Assembly (NCBI GenBank): GCA_964487335.1
Contig: CAZAPT010000017.1
Location: forward strand, 2,710 to 66,709
Source: an uncultured Dehalococcoidia bacterium
GTDB taxonomy: Bacteria > Chloroflexota > Dehalococcoidia > DSTF01 > JACRBR01
Length of the DNA: 64,000 bases
Reading direction: 5' to 3'
The position numbers and the translations under genes are program-made. Shown here in pieces: positions 18,969 through 29,327 of this stretch. The notes under the pieces are model-generated. The model was not told where the DNA came from. It was given only the letters and a program-made list of their open reading frames with translations, and ran no database searches. The first letter of the stretch is position 1. Each line of letters begins with the position of its first letter.

Positions 18969-19781
18969 GTGACGAGAATTGGAGGCGAAGAGGGCGGGGA
19001 ACAGATGACGAACGCTGCCGACAGCCGCACGATGGCGAGAACGAAACTCGGACGCGCAGTGCGGATGTCTTCGGACGGACGGCGGACGGCGCAGGAGCAC
19101 GGGGCGCACCGCCAGACGAACTGGTTGCGCGACGTGATCCTGGGCGGCCAGGACGGGCTGGTCAACATCCTGGGGATCATCCTTGGCGTGATGGCGGGCA
19201 GCGGCTCGAACACCGTGCTGCTATCGGTGGGGTTTGCGGCGGCGATCACGGAATCCATCTCGATGGGGGCTGTCGGGTATACGTCGGCGTCTTCCGAGCG
19301 GGACTACTACGAGGCGGAGCAGGCGAAGGAGCGCAGCGAGACCGAGACAATCCCCGACGTCGAGCGCCGGGAGATCCGGGACATCTACGCCGCGAAAGGG
19401 TTCGAGGGAGACTTGCTCGACCGGGTCGTCGACACGATCACGCGGAACCGCGACGTGTGGGTCGCGACGATGATGTCCGAGGAACTGCAACTTCAGCCGG
19501 TAGAGACGCCGGACATCATGCGAAGCGCGGTGGTGATCTTCCTGGCGACGCTGATCGGCCACCTTATCCCGCTGGTGCCGTTCCTGGTATTGGAGCGGGC
19601 ACCGGCTCTGGTGGTATCGCTGGTGCTCAGTGCGCTCGTGCTCTTCGGCGTCGGCGTGTATTCGGCGAAGACGCTAATTGGCGACTGGCGGACGATGGGG
19701 TTGAAGTTCGTGGTGATCGGTCTGGGGGCGGCGGCGATCGGGTTTGCGGTGGGGCGGCTATTCAATACGTCCGGGGAGTGA
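18969..19781 (+). CDS. VIT1/CCC1-family Fe/Mn transporter
   Basis: LRDVILGGQDGLVNILGIILGV signature. Hydrophilic middle loop, then C-terminal TM cluster. The start may instead be the Met at about 19005. Confidence 0.75.
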   Translation: MTRIGGEEGGEQMTNAADSRTMARTKLGRAVRMSSDGRRTAQEHGAHRQTNWLRDVILGGQDGLVNILGIILGVMAGSGSNTVLLSVGFAAAITESISMGAVGYTSASSERDYYEAEQAKERSETETIPDVERREIRDIYAAKGFEGDLLDRVVDTITRNRDVWVATMMSEELQLQPVETPDIMRSAVVIFLATLIGHLIPLVPFLVLERAPALVVSLVLSALVLFGVGVYSAKTLIGDWRTMGLKFVVIGLGAAAIGFAVGRLFNTSGE

Positions 19782-19801
19782 TGGTCTTCGGCCGAAAAGA
19801 T

Positions 19802-19836
19802 TTGGCCGCCAGCCTGAGGCTGGCGGCCAAATTCCT
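19802..19836 (+). terminator. Intrinsic terminator after the VIT gene
   Basis: 13-bp perfect stem TTGGCCGCCAGCC / GGCTGGCGGCCAA with loop TGAG, then T-rich ATTCCTGTTTGTT. Confidence 0.6.
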
Positions 19837-20089
19837 GTTTGTTGCCAGGCCTGCCGCCCGGCTGCCTCCCCAGGGAAGCCCTGGCTTGGCTCCGCCCCCG
19901 GGGAGCTCTACGAGCGGACCCCCGAGGTGCTGCGGATTGTGCTCGGCTTGCAGGCCTCGCAACTAGGATAATCCATCCGCATCACCTCCTTTCCTGAGAG
20001 GCAGGATACCAGCGTCTCCGCGAGGACGTCAAAACGGCGGCAGATTCGGAGCAGGCAAGGATCGAGCCGAACGGGCGGCGATGCCGGCT

Positions 20090-20890
20090 TCAGGTCAAGA
20101 AGGCGAAGGCGCGGTCGCGGGGAATGCTCCTCCGCAGAACGAGGGCGACCGACATCCCGAGGAGCGCCGTGAATGCGCCGGCCGCTGCATCAAGGAAGTA
20201 GTGGTTGGCGGTGAGCACAATGCCGCCGAGCATCACCACCGGCATGATGTACGCGGCGATACGGACCGGGCGTGCGCGAGCGTTCAGGGCGACGGCCATG
20301 GCGACGAGCAAGTCCCATCCGAAGTGGAGGCTCGGCATGGCGGCGTACTGATTCACAACCTTCGGATTCTGGAACGCATAGTAGGACTGGGCGTGGATGA
20401 TGGTGTCGGTGAAGCCAAACTCCGGCATGTAACGGGGCGGCGCGAGCGGCACGAACGCGAATCCGAGCAGCGCGAGCAGTCCAGAAATGAGGAAGGCGTT
20501 GCGGAAGAGCGCGTAGTTCTCGCGGTGACGGCCGTACAGCCAGAGCGCCACGATGATGATGACCGGCAAGTGGCCCCATATGTAGAGGTAGTTGAAGAAC
20601 TCGACCATCCACTCCTTGGGGAGGATGAGCTGCTGCAGGAAGGCCTCGTGGAAGATGCCGATGCGCTGCTCGGTGTGGATGAGCTTCGACGCATTATCGA
20701 ACGCAGTGCCGGCCTTGCCGTGCACGGCGCCACGCACGAACTGGTACGCCGCGTACGCCGGGACGATGAACATCAACTCGGCGAAGAGACGCCAGTTGCG
20801 TTCGAGGAAGGCGTAGAGCCGGTTCGGGCGCGCTACGACGATGGCAGCGGCGGGTGTGCCCATATGATCAGTATATCCCACTCGACTCAC
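20090..20890 (-). CDS. PAP2-superfamily membrane phosphatase
   Basis: 266 aa, polytopic. PAP2 motif region SLHFGW ... TANHYFLD. Confidence 0.7.
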   Translation of the reverse strand: MSRVGYTDHMGTPAAAIVVARPNRLYAFLERNWRLFAELMFIVPAYAAYQFVRGAVHGKAGTAFDNASKLIHTEQRIGIFHEAFLQQLILPKEWMVEFFNYLYIWGHLPVIIIVALWLYGRHRENYALFRNAFLISGLLALLGFAFVPLAPPRYMPEFGFTDTIIHAQSYYAFQNPKVVNQYAAMPSLHFGWDLLVAMAVALNARARPVRIAAYIMPVVMLGGIVLTANHYFLDAAAGAFTALLGMSVALVLRRSIPRDRAFAFLT

Positions 20891-22257
20891 GCCGAATGGG
20901 ACGTTTGGACTACGTTTGTCACGGCTTCTATGGACTCTGCGACCGTGTTCACAATCGTATCGACCTCCTGTTCTGACACGATGAGCGGCGGCGCGAGAAG
21001 TATTATGTCGCCCTTAACACGTGTTATGAGTCCGCGGTCGCGCATCGCTCGCGCGATCTTCGGACCGACAGCCGCCGATGGCGGGAACGCTTCGCGCGTC
21101 GCAGTGTCGGCGACGATTTCTATGCCGGCGATGAGACCAAGGCCGCGGACTTCGCCGACGTGCGGCATCTCGCGCAGGCGGGCGAGGCCTTCGTGCAGGC
21201 GCTTGCCCATCGACTCGGCGCGCTCGACGAGGCGTTCGTCCTCGAGGATCTGCAAGTTGCGCAGCGCGACTGCGCAGGCTGCGGGATGTGCGGAGTTCGT
21301 GCATCCGATCATGAACTTCGCATCGGCGGGAGCATCGAGAATGGCCTCATGCACGCGCTTCGAGGCGATGAATGCGGAAAGCGGCAAGTAGGCGCTGGTA
21401 ACCGCCTTGGCGATCGTCATGATGTCCGGCTGCACGCCCCAATGCTCGAGGGCGAACCAGCGGCCGGTGCGGCCGAAGCCGGTGATCACTTCGTCGGCGA
21501 TGAGGAGGACGTCGTTGCGATCGCAGATCTGGCGGAGGCGCGGCCAGTACTCCGGGTCCGGCGGTATGACGCCACCGGCGCCATGGACGGGCTCGGCGAT
21601 GACGGCGGCGACCGTGTCGGCGCCTTCGCGCTGGATGACGCCCTCGATGTTATCGGCGCAATCGAGCGTGCAGCGGGGCTTCGAGCTGCACCACTGACAT
21701 CGATACGGGTAGCAGGTCGGGACCTGCAGGACGTCCGGCGGCTCTGGTCCGAAGCCCTTGTGGAAGGGCGCCATGCCGGTGATCGCGGTCGCCGCCATTG
21801 TGCTGCCGTGATAGGCCTCTTGCCGCGAGATGATCTTCGTCTTCGAGGGCTTGCCGGAGACGAACCAGAAGTAGCGCACCGCCTTCATGGCCATGTCATT
21901 GGCTTCGGAGCCGCTGCTAGCGTAGAAGACCCCGGACATGTCCGGGTAGACGAGACCGAGCAGACGTTCGGTCAGCTCGATCGACGGGATGTTGGCGTAG
22001 CCCGTGTAGCTGTTCGAGAAGCCGAGTGTAGCGAGTTGCGCGGCCGCGGCTTCGGCGAGCTCACGCCGGCCGTGGCCGACCGCGACGTTCCACAACGACG
22101 AGAGGCCGTCGATGTAGCGGTTTCCATTTATGTCGATGAGGGTGGCACCTTCGCCGCGCTCAAAGATGATGGCATCGCGGTGGTCGGCGACGTGGAACTG
22201 GGGATGGATGATGTGGGCGATGTCGTAGGCGGCGAGCGCTGCGGGGTCCTGGTTCAA
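20887..22257 (-). CDS. Class III (omega-type) PLP-dependent aminotransferase
   Basis: 456 aa. AT-III fold with the PLP-lysine region MTIAKAV and DEVITGFGRTG. Confidence 0.85.
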   Translation of the reverse strand: MNQDPAALAAYDIAHIIHPQFHVADHRDAIIFERGEGATLIDINGNRYIDGLSSLWNVAVGHGRRELAEAAAAQLATLGFSNSYTGYANIPSIELTERLLGLVYPDMSGVFYASSGSEANDMAMKAVRYFWFVSGKPSKTKIISRQEAYHGSTMAATAITGMAPFHKGFGPEPPDVLQVPTCYPYRCQWCSSKPRCTLDCADNIEGVIQREGADTVAAVIAEPVHGAGGVIPPDPEYWPRLRQICDRNDVLLIADEVITGFGRTGRWFALEHWGVQPDIMTIAKAVTSAYLPLSAFIASKRVHEAILDAPADAKFMIGCTNSAHPAACAVALRNLQILEDERLVERAESMGKRLHEGLARLREMPHVGEVRGLGLIAGIEIVADTATREAFPPSAAVGPKIARAMRDRGLITRVKGDIILLAPPLIVSEQEVDTIVNTVAESIEAVTNVVQTSHSA

Positions 22258-22287
22258 ATGATCACCCGATTGATCCTACGGGCCGTA

Positions 22288-23862
22288 TTATACGTCCACG
22301 CGCTCCCGCAGCAACTCGCGCGCGATCCGGCGCTCGTCCCAGGGCCAGTGCGTCGTGCCAATGACGATCGACTGCTCGGTACCCTTGCCGGCGAGCAGCA
22401 CGGTGTCGTTTCGCTTCGCCTGTTCGAACGCGAGTTCGATCGCCACGCGACGGTCAGGTTCCCGCAGGAAGCGCTTGCCCTCTCGCCAGCCGGAGGAGCG
22501 AAGGTCTGCGGCGATTTCATCGATGATGGCGTCGCCGTCCTCGGTTCGCGGATCTTCGTTCGTGATGACGGCGAGATCCGCGGACGATGCAACGGCGCGC
22601 GCGATACCGCGGCGTCGGCCCACGTCGCGCTCGCCGGCCGCGCCGAAGACGACGATCAGCTTGCCCCTGGTAAGCGGACGCAGGATGCCGAGGACGTTGG
22701 CCATCGCCTGCTCGGTGGAGGCGATGTCTACGACGACCGTGAAGTCCTGCCCTTCTTCGATCAGCTCCATGCGGCCCGGGACGCCGGGGAAGCTCTCGAG
22801 CGCGGCGGCGGCGAGCGAGACATCGCAACCCTGCGACATCGCGACGCCTATGGCCGCGAGCGCATTGGCGACGTTGTATTCGCCGAGTAGCCGCATGCGC
22901 GTACGCACGACATCGCCGTAGACCTGGACGACGAACGCCGTCCCGAAGCCATCGGTGCGAATCTCGCGCGCGCTGACGATGGCGGGCGCGATTATGCCGT
23001 ACGTGATCGGCGGCACCGAGCTTGATGCGGCCATGAATTCGGAGGAGACGTCGTCGGCGTTCAGGATCGCGGCCTTGGCGAAGCCCTTTTCCTGCGACTC
23101 GCCAAGCATGCGAAAGAGACGTGCCTTCGCCTCGCGGTACGCGGGCATGCTCTCGTGGTAGTCGAGGTGGTCTGGCGTGAGGTTCGTGAACACGCCGACA
23201 TCGAACTCGCACTGGTCGACGCGGTGGAGGTCGAGACCGATGGACGACGCTTCAATCACGGCATAACGCGCACCGGACTCGCGAATGCGAGCCAGGTAGC
23301 GCTGGACGTCACTGGCTTCAAGTGTCGTCATGTGTGAGGCGTTCTGCTCGACCAAGCCGGGACCACCGAATTCGACGCTGCTGAGGTAGCCGGCGATCCG
23401 TCCGGTGTACGTGAGCATGTGCGCCGTGAGATGCGTTGTCGTCGTCTTGCCGTCGGTGCCGGTGATACCGACCATGCCGAGCGTACGGGCTGGGAAGTCG
23501 TGGAAGCCCGCCGAGGCCTCTGCGAGCGCTCTACGGGCATTTGGCACGCCCACAAACGTCACGTCTTCGTGGATATACGGCTGCCACGCGGAGTGCGACT
23601 CCAACTCGACAATGACGGTGACGGCACCCGCGTAGACGGCCTCGGGGATGAACGAGTTGCCGTCGACCTTCATGCCGGGGATGGCCACGAAGATGCCGCC
23701 AGGCGTCACGCGACGGCTATCGTGGGTGACAGAAGTCGCCTCGGAGAGCGAGCCCGAGATTATGTACGCCTGGGTCAGTCCGCGATACCACGTAGGGAGT
23801 TCGGACGAGGTCCGGGTGGCCACATCGGGAGTGTATCCAAAGCTACCTGCATTCAGAGGCAA
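22288..23862 (-). CDS. murE: UDP-N-acetylmuramoyl-tripeptide synthetase MurE
   Basis: 524 aa. Mur ligase P-loop GITGTDGKTTT. MurE-specific DNPR-like motif (NEDPRTED). Confidence 0.85.
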   Translation of the reverse strand: MPLNAGSFGYTPDVATRTSSELPTWYRGLTQAYIISGSLSEATSVTHDSRRVTPGGIFVAIPGMKVDGNSFIPEAVYAGAVTVIVELESHSAWQPYIHEDVTFVGVPNARRALAEASAGFHDFPARTLGMVGITGTDGKTTTTHLTAHMLTYTGRIAGYLSSVEFGGPGLVEQNASHMTTLEASDVQRYLARIRESGARYAVIEASSIGLDLHRVDQCEFDVGVFTNLTPDHLDYHESMPAYREAKARLFRMLGESQEKGFAKAAILNADDVSSEFMAASSSVPPITYGIIAPAIVSAREIRTDGFGTAFVVQVYGDVVRTRMRLLGEYNVANALAAIGVAMSQGCDVSLAAAALESFPGVPGRMELIEEGQDFTVVVDIASTEQAMANVLGILRPLTRGKLIVVFGAAGERDVGRRRGIARAVASSADLAVITNEDPRTEDGDAIIDEIAADLRSSGWREGKRFLREPDRRVAIELAFEQAKRNDTVLLAGKGTEQSIVIGTTHWPWDERRIARELLRERVDV

Positions 23863-23912
23863 TCGGGCGAGGCCGATGATTTTGGCAGGATCGGAGGAAG
23901 TGGGAATTCATA

Positions 23913-24422
23913 ATGTTCGCTCTCCGGAGCAGCCCGGACCCGTCCGACGAGGACGCGTGCGAGCCGCTGCGTCCATCGACCCGCAACTCGAATGACTGGC
24001 TGACGGTCGAGCAGGCAGCATGCGAGCTGGGTGTGTCCGATTCGACCATCCGTCGGCGTCTCCGGCAGGGCTTGCTGCCGAGCCGGGTGGTGCCACGAAA
24101 GGGCGGATTCGCATATCAGATCTACCTGCCCGAATCGCGGCATGGGCGGGACGCGTCGCTACGCGGCAATCCTGATTCGCACCACCACGCTGCAAACGCG
24201 CCCATCGATTTGAGCGCCTACCGGCGGCGCCGGGAGCAGGTGCGAGAGGCGACGTCGCATTCAGGGCGGGTCGAGGGGCAGCCGGAGCGGATCCCGGAAG
24301 GCCTGCTGCGGGCGCTGAGCATGCAGGCCCGGCCGGTGCCGGCGATGGCGAGCATCGGCGGAGGGAGCCCCTACGGGCAGTACCGGCAGTTGGTGCGGCG
24401 GCGCCGCTGGTGGCCGTTCTAG
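23913..24422 (+). CDS. HTH (excisionase/MerR-like HTH_17) domain protein, hypothetical
   Basis: DWLTVEQAACELGVSDSTIRRRLRQGLL helix-turn-helix. The rest is low-complexity. No integrase nearby. Confidence 0.45.
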   Translation: MFALRSSPDPSDEDACEPLRPSTRNSNDWLTVEQAACELGVSDSTIRRRLRQGLLPSRVVPRKGGFAYQIYLPESRHGRDASLRGNPDSHHHAANAPIDLSAYRRRREQVREATSHSGRVEGQPERIPEGLLRALSMQARPVPAMASIGGGSPYGQYRQLVRRRRWWPF

Positions 24423-24494
24423 CGTAGTCCGTCAGTCACTCAGTCGGTGTGTCTCACCAGTCACATGTGGGCTTCAACCGCGCGTCGAGGGTGA

Positions 24495-25280
24495 TCAGCC
24501 GGCGATGGTGGCGCCGCCGTCGATCAGCAGGGTCTGGCCGGTGACGAGGTCGGCGCCCTCGATGAAACTCATGACGAGCTGCGAGACGTCTTCGGGCATG
24601 CAGACCGCGTTGAGCGGCGCGTTGCGGCTCTGCGCCGCCTTCGCCGCTTCGAAGACCTGGTCACCGAGGCCCTTGCGTAGCCATCGGGTGTCGATGAATC
24701 CCGGTGCGACGCAGTTGACCCGGATCTCTGGGCCGAGGACTCGCGCCAAAGCGATCGTCATGTTGATCACGCCGGCTTTGGAGGCGGCGTAAGCAATTGA
24801 GCTGCCGATCGAGCGGATGCCGGCGACCGAGGCGATGTTCACGATCGCGCCAGCGCCAGGGTGGCCTGCGGGCACCGTTGCGCGGATCGCTTTCGCGGCG
24901 GCCCGCGCGCAGAAGAACGTGCCCTTCACGTTGACGGCGTAGATGTCGTCCCAGTACTCCTCCTTCATGCCGTCGAGATCGTTCATGGCGACGAAGTGGG
25001 TCGTCGCGGCGTTGTTCACGAGGATGTGGAGGCCACCGAAGGCGTCGACGGCTTGCTTGACCATCGACTGCACCTGGTCGTCTTTCGAGACGTCGGCCTT
25101 CACGAGAAGGCCGCGCGCGCCCTGGGCTTCGACGAGCTGCAGCGCCTCCTTCGCATCGTCCTCGGAGCGCGAGTAGTTGACGACGACGTTCGCGCCGCGT
25201 TTCGCCAGATCGACGACTGTGGCGCGCCCGACGCCCACGGCGGATCCGGTGACGATAGCGGTCTTGCCTGCGACTTCCAT
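24495..25280 (-). CDS. SDR-family oxidoreductase (3-oxoacyl-ACP reductase-like)
   Basis: TGSAVGVGRA Rossmann motif. NNAA, S...YxxxK catalytic set. Confidence 0.8.
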   Translation of the reverse strand: MEVAGKTAIVTGSAVGVGRATVVDLAKRGANVVVNYSRSEDDAKEALQLVEAQGARGLLVKADVSKDDQVQSMVKQAVDAFGGLHILVNNAATTHFVAMNDLDGMKEEYWDDIYAVNVKGTFFCARAAAKAIRATVPAGHPGAGAIVNIASVAGIRSIGSSIAYAASKAGVINMTIALARVLGPEIRVNCVAPGFIDTRWLRKGLGDQVFEAAKAAQSRNAPLNAVCMPEDVSQLVMSFIEGADLVTGQTLLIDGGATIAG

Positions 25281-25385
25281 GTGATCTACCTGTGTCGGGA
25301 CAGCGGCGTGCGATGCTTAATGAGCGCTTCGAGCCAGCTTAGGCGCGTTCGAGGCGAGGCGGTAGGCGGCTATACTTGCGGCAGC

Positions 25386-26468
25386 ATGAGCAGGGCGATG
25401 AAGGGGCTGATCCTCAGCGGCGGCAAGGGAAGCCGCTTGCGGCCGCTCACCTACACCGGCGCGAAGCAGCTCGTACCCATCGCCAACAAACCGGTGCTCT
25501 TCTACGCGATCGAGGCGCTCGTGGCCGCTGAAATCCGCGACATCACGATCGTTGTATCCGTGGAGACTGGCGAGCAGGTGCGGCGGGCGGCGGGGGACGG
25601 AACCGCATTCGGGGCGCGGATCGCGTACGTGGACCAGGCGGAGCCGGGCGGCATCGCACAGGCGATAGGACTGGCGCGAGACGCGATGGGCGATGCGCCG
25701 TTCGTCACGTTCCTTGGGGACAACTTCATCACGCACCCAATCTCCGGCTATGTGCAGTCGTTCGCTGAGTCGCGGGCGGAGGCCGGAATCCTGCTGAAAC
25801 GCGTGCCGGACGCGCGGCAGTTCGGGGTGGCGGAGTTCGAGGGCGAACGGCTGGTGCGGGTCATCGAGAAGCCGGCGAACCCGGCGAGCGACCTGGCTGT
25901 GGTCGGGATCTACATATTCACTGAGGGCGTGTTCGATGCCATCGACGCGATACGGCCATCTGCGCGGGGAGAGCTGGAGATCACAGACACGATCCAACGG
26001 CTCATCGACGACGGCGCGACGGTGCGAGCGGACGTGGTGGAGGGCGACTGGATCGACACCGGAAAGCACGATGACCTGCTTGCGGCAAATCGCACGATCC
26101 TCGAGACGCTGCCGCACGACGTGACGGGCGGAACCATCGATCAGCAGTCCAAGCTGCACGGGCGAGTGAGGCTGCAGTCGGGTTGCGAGATCATCAATAG
26201 CACGATCAGCGGTCCGGCGATCATCGGAGAGCGGACGGTAATCCGCGATGCGTACATCGGGCCGTTTTCGTCGATCGGGCCGGACTGCGCGATCGTTCGG
26301 AGCGAGATCGCCGGCAGCGTTGTGATGGAGAACGCGCGCATCGAAGACATCGATCACCGGATCGAAAACAGCCTCATCGGGCGGAACGTTGAGCTGCGGG
26401 CGGACGGGCGCAAGCCGCGGGGCTACGAGCTGGTGCTAGGGGACTTCAGCAGGGCGCGGCTGCCGTAA
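25386..26468 (+). CDS. rmlA: Glucose-1-phosphate thymidylyltransferase (long form)
   Basis: Real start at the internal Met (MSRAMKGLILSGGKGSRLRPLT). Left-handed beta-helix C-terminal domain. TAATG overlap with rmlB. Confidence 0.85.
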   Translation: MSRAMKGLILSGGKGSRLRPLTYTGAKQLVPIANKPVLFYAIEALVAAEIRDITIVVSVETGEQVRRAAGDGTAFGARIAYVDQAEPGGIAQAIGLARDAMGDAPFVTFLGDNFITHPISGYVQSFAESRAEAGILLKRVPDARQFGVAEFEGERLVRVIEKPANPASDLAVVGIYIFTEGVFDAIDAIRPSARGELEITDTIQRLIDDGATVRADVVEGDWIDTGKHDDLLAANRTILETLPHDVTGGTIDQQSKLHGRVRLQSGCEIINSTISGPAIIGERTVIRDAYIGPFSSIGPDCAIVRSEIAGSVVMENARIEDIDHRIENSLIGRNVELRADGRKPRGYELVLGDFSRARLP

Positions 26469-27499
26469 TGCGCCGAATCTTCGTGGCCGGCGGCGCGGGG
26501 TTCATCGGCAGCAATTTCATCCGCCATGTCCTCGCAGAGCGTGGCGATACATCGATCGTCAACTTCGACGCTCTGACATACGCGGGGAACCTCGACAACC
26601 TGCGGGACGCCGAGGCCGATCAGCGGTATCGCTTCGTGCACGGGAACGTCGTCGATCCCAGCGCGGTCATCAAGGCGATGCGAGGGTGCGACGCCGTGGT
26701 CAACTTCGCGGCGGAGTCGCACGTGGACCGGTCGATCCACGACGCGTCGGACTTCATCGAGACGAACGTGCGGGGTGTGGTCAATGTGCTGACGGCGGCA
26801 CGCGACCTGGGGGTCGAACGCGTGCTGCACATATCGTCGGACGAGGTGTACGGACCAGCCACGCGCGACGATCCGCGGCTCGAGGACGATGCATTCCGGC
26901 CTCGAAGCCCGTACGCCGTGAGCAAGGCGGCCGGCGACATGATGTGCCGGGCCTTCGCGGAGACACACGAGATGGCGGTGATTGTGGCACGGCCGGCGAA
27001 CAACGTCGGGGCGTACCAATACCCGGAGAAGGCGGTGCCGCTGTTCGTGACGAACGCGCTGGACGATTTGCCGCTTCCGCTGTACGGGGAGGGATTGGAG
27101 GAGCGCGACCGGCTGTATGTCGAGGATTGCGTGCGGGGAATGTTGCTGTTGCTGGAGCGCGGAGAGCCAGGCGAGGCGTACAACCTCCAGGCCGGCAACC
27201 ATCGCGCGAACATCGATGTGGCGAAGGCGATACTGGACTTGCTCGACAAGCCGTACTCGCTGATCCATCACGTGGCGGACCGCGAGGGGCACGACGAGTG
27301 CTACTGGATGGACTGCACGAAGATCGAAGCGCTCGGTTGGCGGCCGACGGTCGGCTTCGACGAGGCGATCGAGCGGACCGTGCGGTGGTACGCGGATAAC
27401 CGCTGGTGGTGGGAGAAGATCAAGTCCGGCGACTACGGGGCGTTCTACGAGAGGCAGTACGGCGAACGGCTGGCGGCGGCGCGGCCGTACGCCGGGTAG
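26468..27499 (+). CDS. rmlB: dTDP-glucose 4,6-dehydratase
   Basis: GGAGFIGSNF Rossmann motif. YxxxK (YAVSKAA). Extended SDR fold. Confidence 0.85.
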   Translation: MRRIFVAGGAGFIGSNFIRHVLAERGDTSIVNFDALTYAGNLDNLRDAEADQRYRFVHGNVVDPSAVIKAMRGCDAVVNFAAESHVDRSIHDASDFIETNVRGVVNVLTAARDLGVERVLHISSDEVYGPATRDDPRLEDDAFRPRSPYAVSKAAGDMMCRAFAETHEMAVIVARPANNVGAYQYPEKAVPLFVTNALDDLPLPLYGEGLEERDRLYVEDCVRGMLLLLERGEPGEAYNLQAGNHRANIDVAKAILDLLDKPYSLIHHVADREGHDECYWMDCTKIEALGWRPTVGFDEAIERTVRWYADNRWWWEKIKSGDYGAFYERQYGERLAAARPYAG

Positions 27500-27530
27500 C
27501 CTGCCGCCACGCGACGATACAATTCGGACC

Positions 27531-28391
27531 ATGCAGATCTTCATCACTGGCGCCGACGGCCAGGCAGGGCGCGCGTTGCAGCGGGCTCTTGAGGCGCATC
27601 ACGTCGTCGCGCTGGCGCACGGGCAGCTCGACGTGACCGATGGGGCGGCCGTCGATGCGGCGATAGGCGAGCGTGGGCCGGACTGGGTCGTCCACGCCGC
27701 CGCGTTGACGGACACCACTTTGTGCGAGCGGGAGCCGGATCGCGCAGACGCCGTGAACGGCGAGGGCGCCGGAAACGTCGCGCGAGCCTGTGAGCGAGCG
27801 AGCGCGCGGCTCATCGCGATCAGCACGAACGAAGTCTTCGACGGAACGCAGAGGCGTCCTTACGTCGAGAATGACGTGCGCAACCCGATCAATGCGTACG
27901 GGCGCTCGAAGCTGCTGGGGGAGCGCGCAGTGCACGACGCGCTGGGTGGCAATGAGATCGTCGTGCGGACGTCGTGGGTGTACGGCGACGGCGCCAGTAA
28001 TTACGTCGAGAAGGTACGAGCGGCGGCACGCGCGGGTGGGGTGCTTAGATTCGCCACTGACGAGGTCGCATCGCCGACGTCGGCAGCGGACCTTGCGAGA
28101 GGGATCGGCCAGCTCATCGCGTCGGACGCAGCGGGCGGAGCGTATCACCTCACGAACGGCGGCGAGACCTCGAGGTACGAGTGGGCGGTGGCGATCCTGC
28201 AGCTCGCAGGCATCAGCGCGGAGATCGAGCCGGTAACGACGTCCGAACTGCGGGCCGGCGGGTACCGGGGCCCACGGAAGCCGGCGTACTCCAGCCTCGC
28301 GAATACACGGGCGGCTGCGATCGGAGTGACGCTACGACCGTGGGGCGAGGCGCTCTCGGCGCACTTCGAGCGCGCTGCAGTACGGGGATGA
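27531..28391 (+). CDS. rmlD: dTDP-4-dehydrorhamnose reductase
   Basis: 286 aa. ITGADGQAG start. YGRSK catalytic motif. Confidence 0.8.
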   Translation: MQIFITGADGQAGRALQRALEAHHVVALAHGQLDVTDGAAVDAAIGERGPDWVVHAAALTDTTLCEREPDRADAVNGEGAGNVARACERASARLIAISTNEVFDGTQRRPYVENDVRNPINAYGRSKLLGERAVHDALGGNEIVVRTSWVYGDGASNYVEKVRAAARAGGVLRFATDEVASPTSAADLARGIGQLIASDAAGGAYHLTNGGETSRYEWAVAILQLAGISAEIEPVTTSELRAGGYRGPRKPAYSSLANTRAAAIGVTLRPWGEALSAHFERAAVRG

Positions 28392-29311
28392 GCGCCGAGC
28401 CTGGGGTCGCCGCGATCGTGGTGAACTACAACAGCGCCGGATTCATCGACGAGTTCTGTGCGTCGCTGAAGGGCGTCGACTATCCAAACTGGCGGCTGGT
28501 CTCCGTCGATTCAGGATCGAATGATGGCTCCATGGCGACGATCGAGCGGTCGTTTCCGGACGGGGAGTTCGTCCGGTGCGACGAGAACGTGGGGTTTGCG
28601 GCCGGGTGCAATATCGGAATCGCGCGGTGCATCGAGCGCGGCGATGACTTCGCACTGTTCCTCAATCCGGACGTCGTAGTGACGCCGGCCTTTCTCCGCG
28701 CGCTCGTCGATGCGGCGGCAGACGGTAGTACCATCGTCGTGCCGAAGATCCTGTACTACTTCGACCACTCACTCATCAGCACGCACGCCGGCGGCTTCGA
28801 CTGGACGCTGGGGGTGTTCCGCCGTACGTACGCGGCGCAGCATGACGGGCCGGAGACGTCGAAACGGCGCGACGGGCTCGATACGGCGAGTTTCTGCTGC
28901 GCGATCGTGCCGGTGCAGGCGTTTCGCGACGCGGGGACGCTCGATGAGCGGTTCTTCATGTACTACGAGGAGACGGACTGGATCCGCCGCGCACAGGAAC
29001 AGGGGTACAGCGTGCGATACGAGCCGTCAGCGGTGGTTTATCACCGCGAGAGCGGCTCGAGCGGCGGCGGGTGGATGACGCCGTTCAAGCAGTACTACGC
29101 GACTCGTAACCGGATTTACCTGGTCCGGAAGCACGCGCGTTCGCGGGCGGCCTACGCGTGGTTCACGGCGTACTTCTGGGCCACGCGCGTCGCGACCGCG
29201 GCCCAGATGGCGCTGCGTCGCGAGGGACGGCTGCTGCGGGCGATGGGCCTCGGCGTTCGCGACTACTATCTCGGGCGCATGGGACGGACGATGCAGGTGC
29301 GCGACCTGTGA
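28388..29311 (+). CDS. Family 2 glycosyltransferase
   Basis: Internal start MSAEPGVAAIVVNYNS with ATGA overlap to the rmlD stop. GT-A fold with DxD (DSGSND). Confidence 0.75.
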   Translation: MSAEPGVAAIVVNYNSAGFIDEFCASLKGVDYPNWRLVSVDSGSNDGSMATIERSFPDGEFVRCDENVGFAAGCNIGIARCIERGDDFALFLNPDVVVTPAFLRALVDAAADGSTIVVPKILYYFDHSLISTHAGGFDWTLGVFRRTYAAQHDGPETSKRRDGLDTASFCCAIVPVQAFRDAGTLDERFFMYYEETDWIRRAQEQGYSVRYEPSAVVYHRESGSSGGGWMTPFKQYYATRNRIYLVRKHARSRAAYAWFTAYFWATRVATAAQMALRREGRLLRAMGLGVRDYYLGRMGRTMQVRDL

Positions 29312-29327
29312 CGCCGGCGCTTCGGCG

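Noticed and set aside
19837-20089. CCGCATCACCTCCTTTCC, resembling the 16S rRNA 3' end (anti-Shine-Dalgarno) in the VIT/PAP2 convergent spacer
   Set aside because: Only about 12 nt of similarity. No surrounding rRNA-like sequence. It lies between two convergent terminators and is most likely coincidental.
20081-22890. 436-aa and 576-aa plus-strand ORFs overlapping the PAP2 and aminotransferase genes
   Set aside because: Both are antisense to well-supported genes and show Arg/Ala/Gly compositional bias with no domain signatures.
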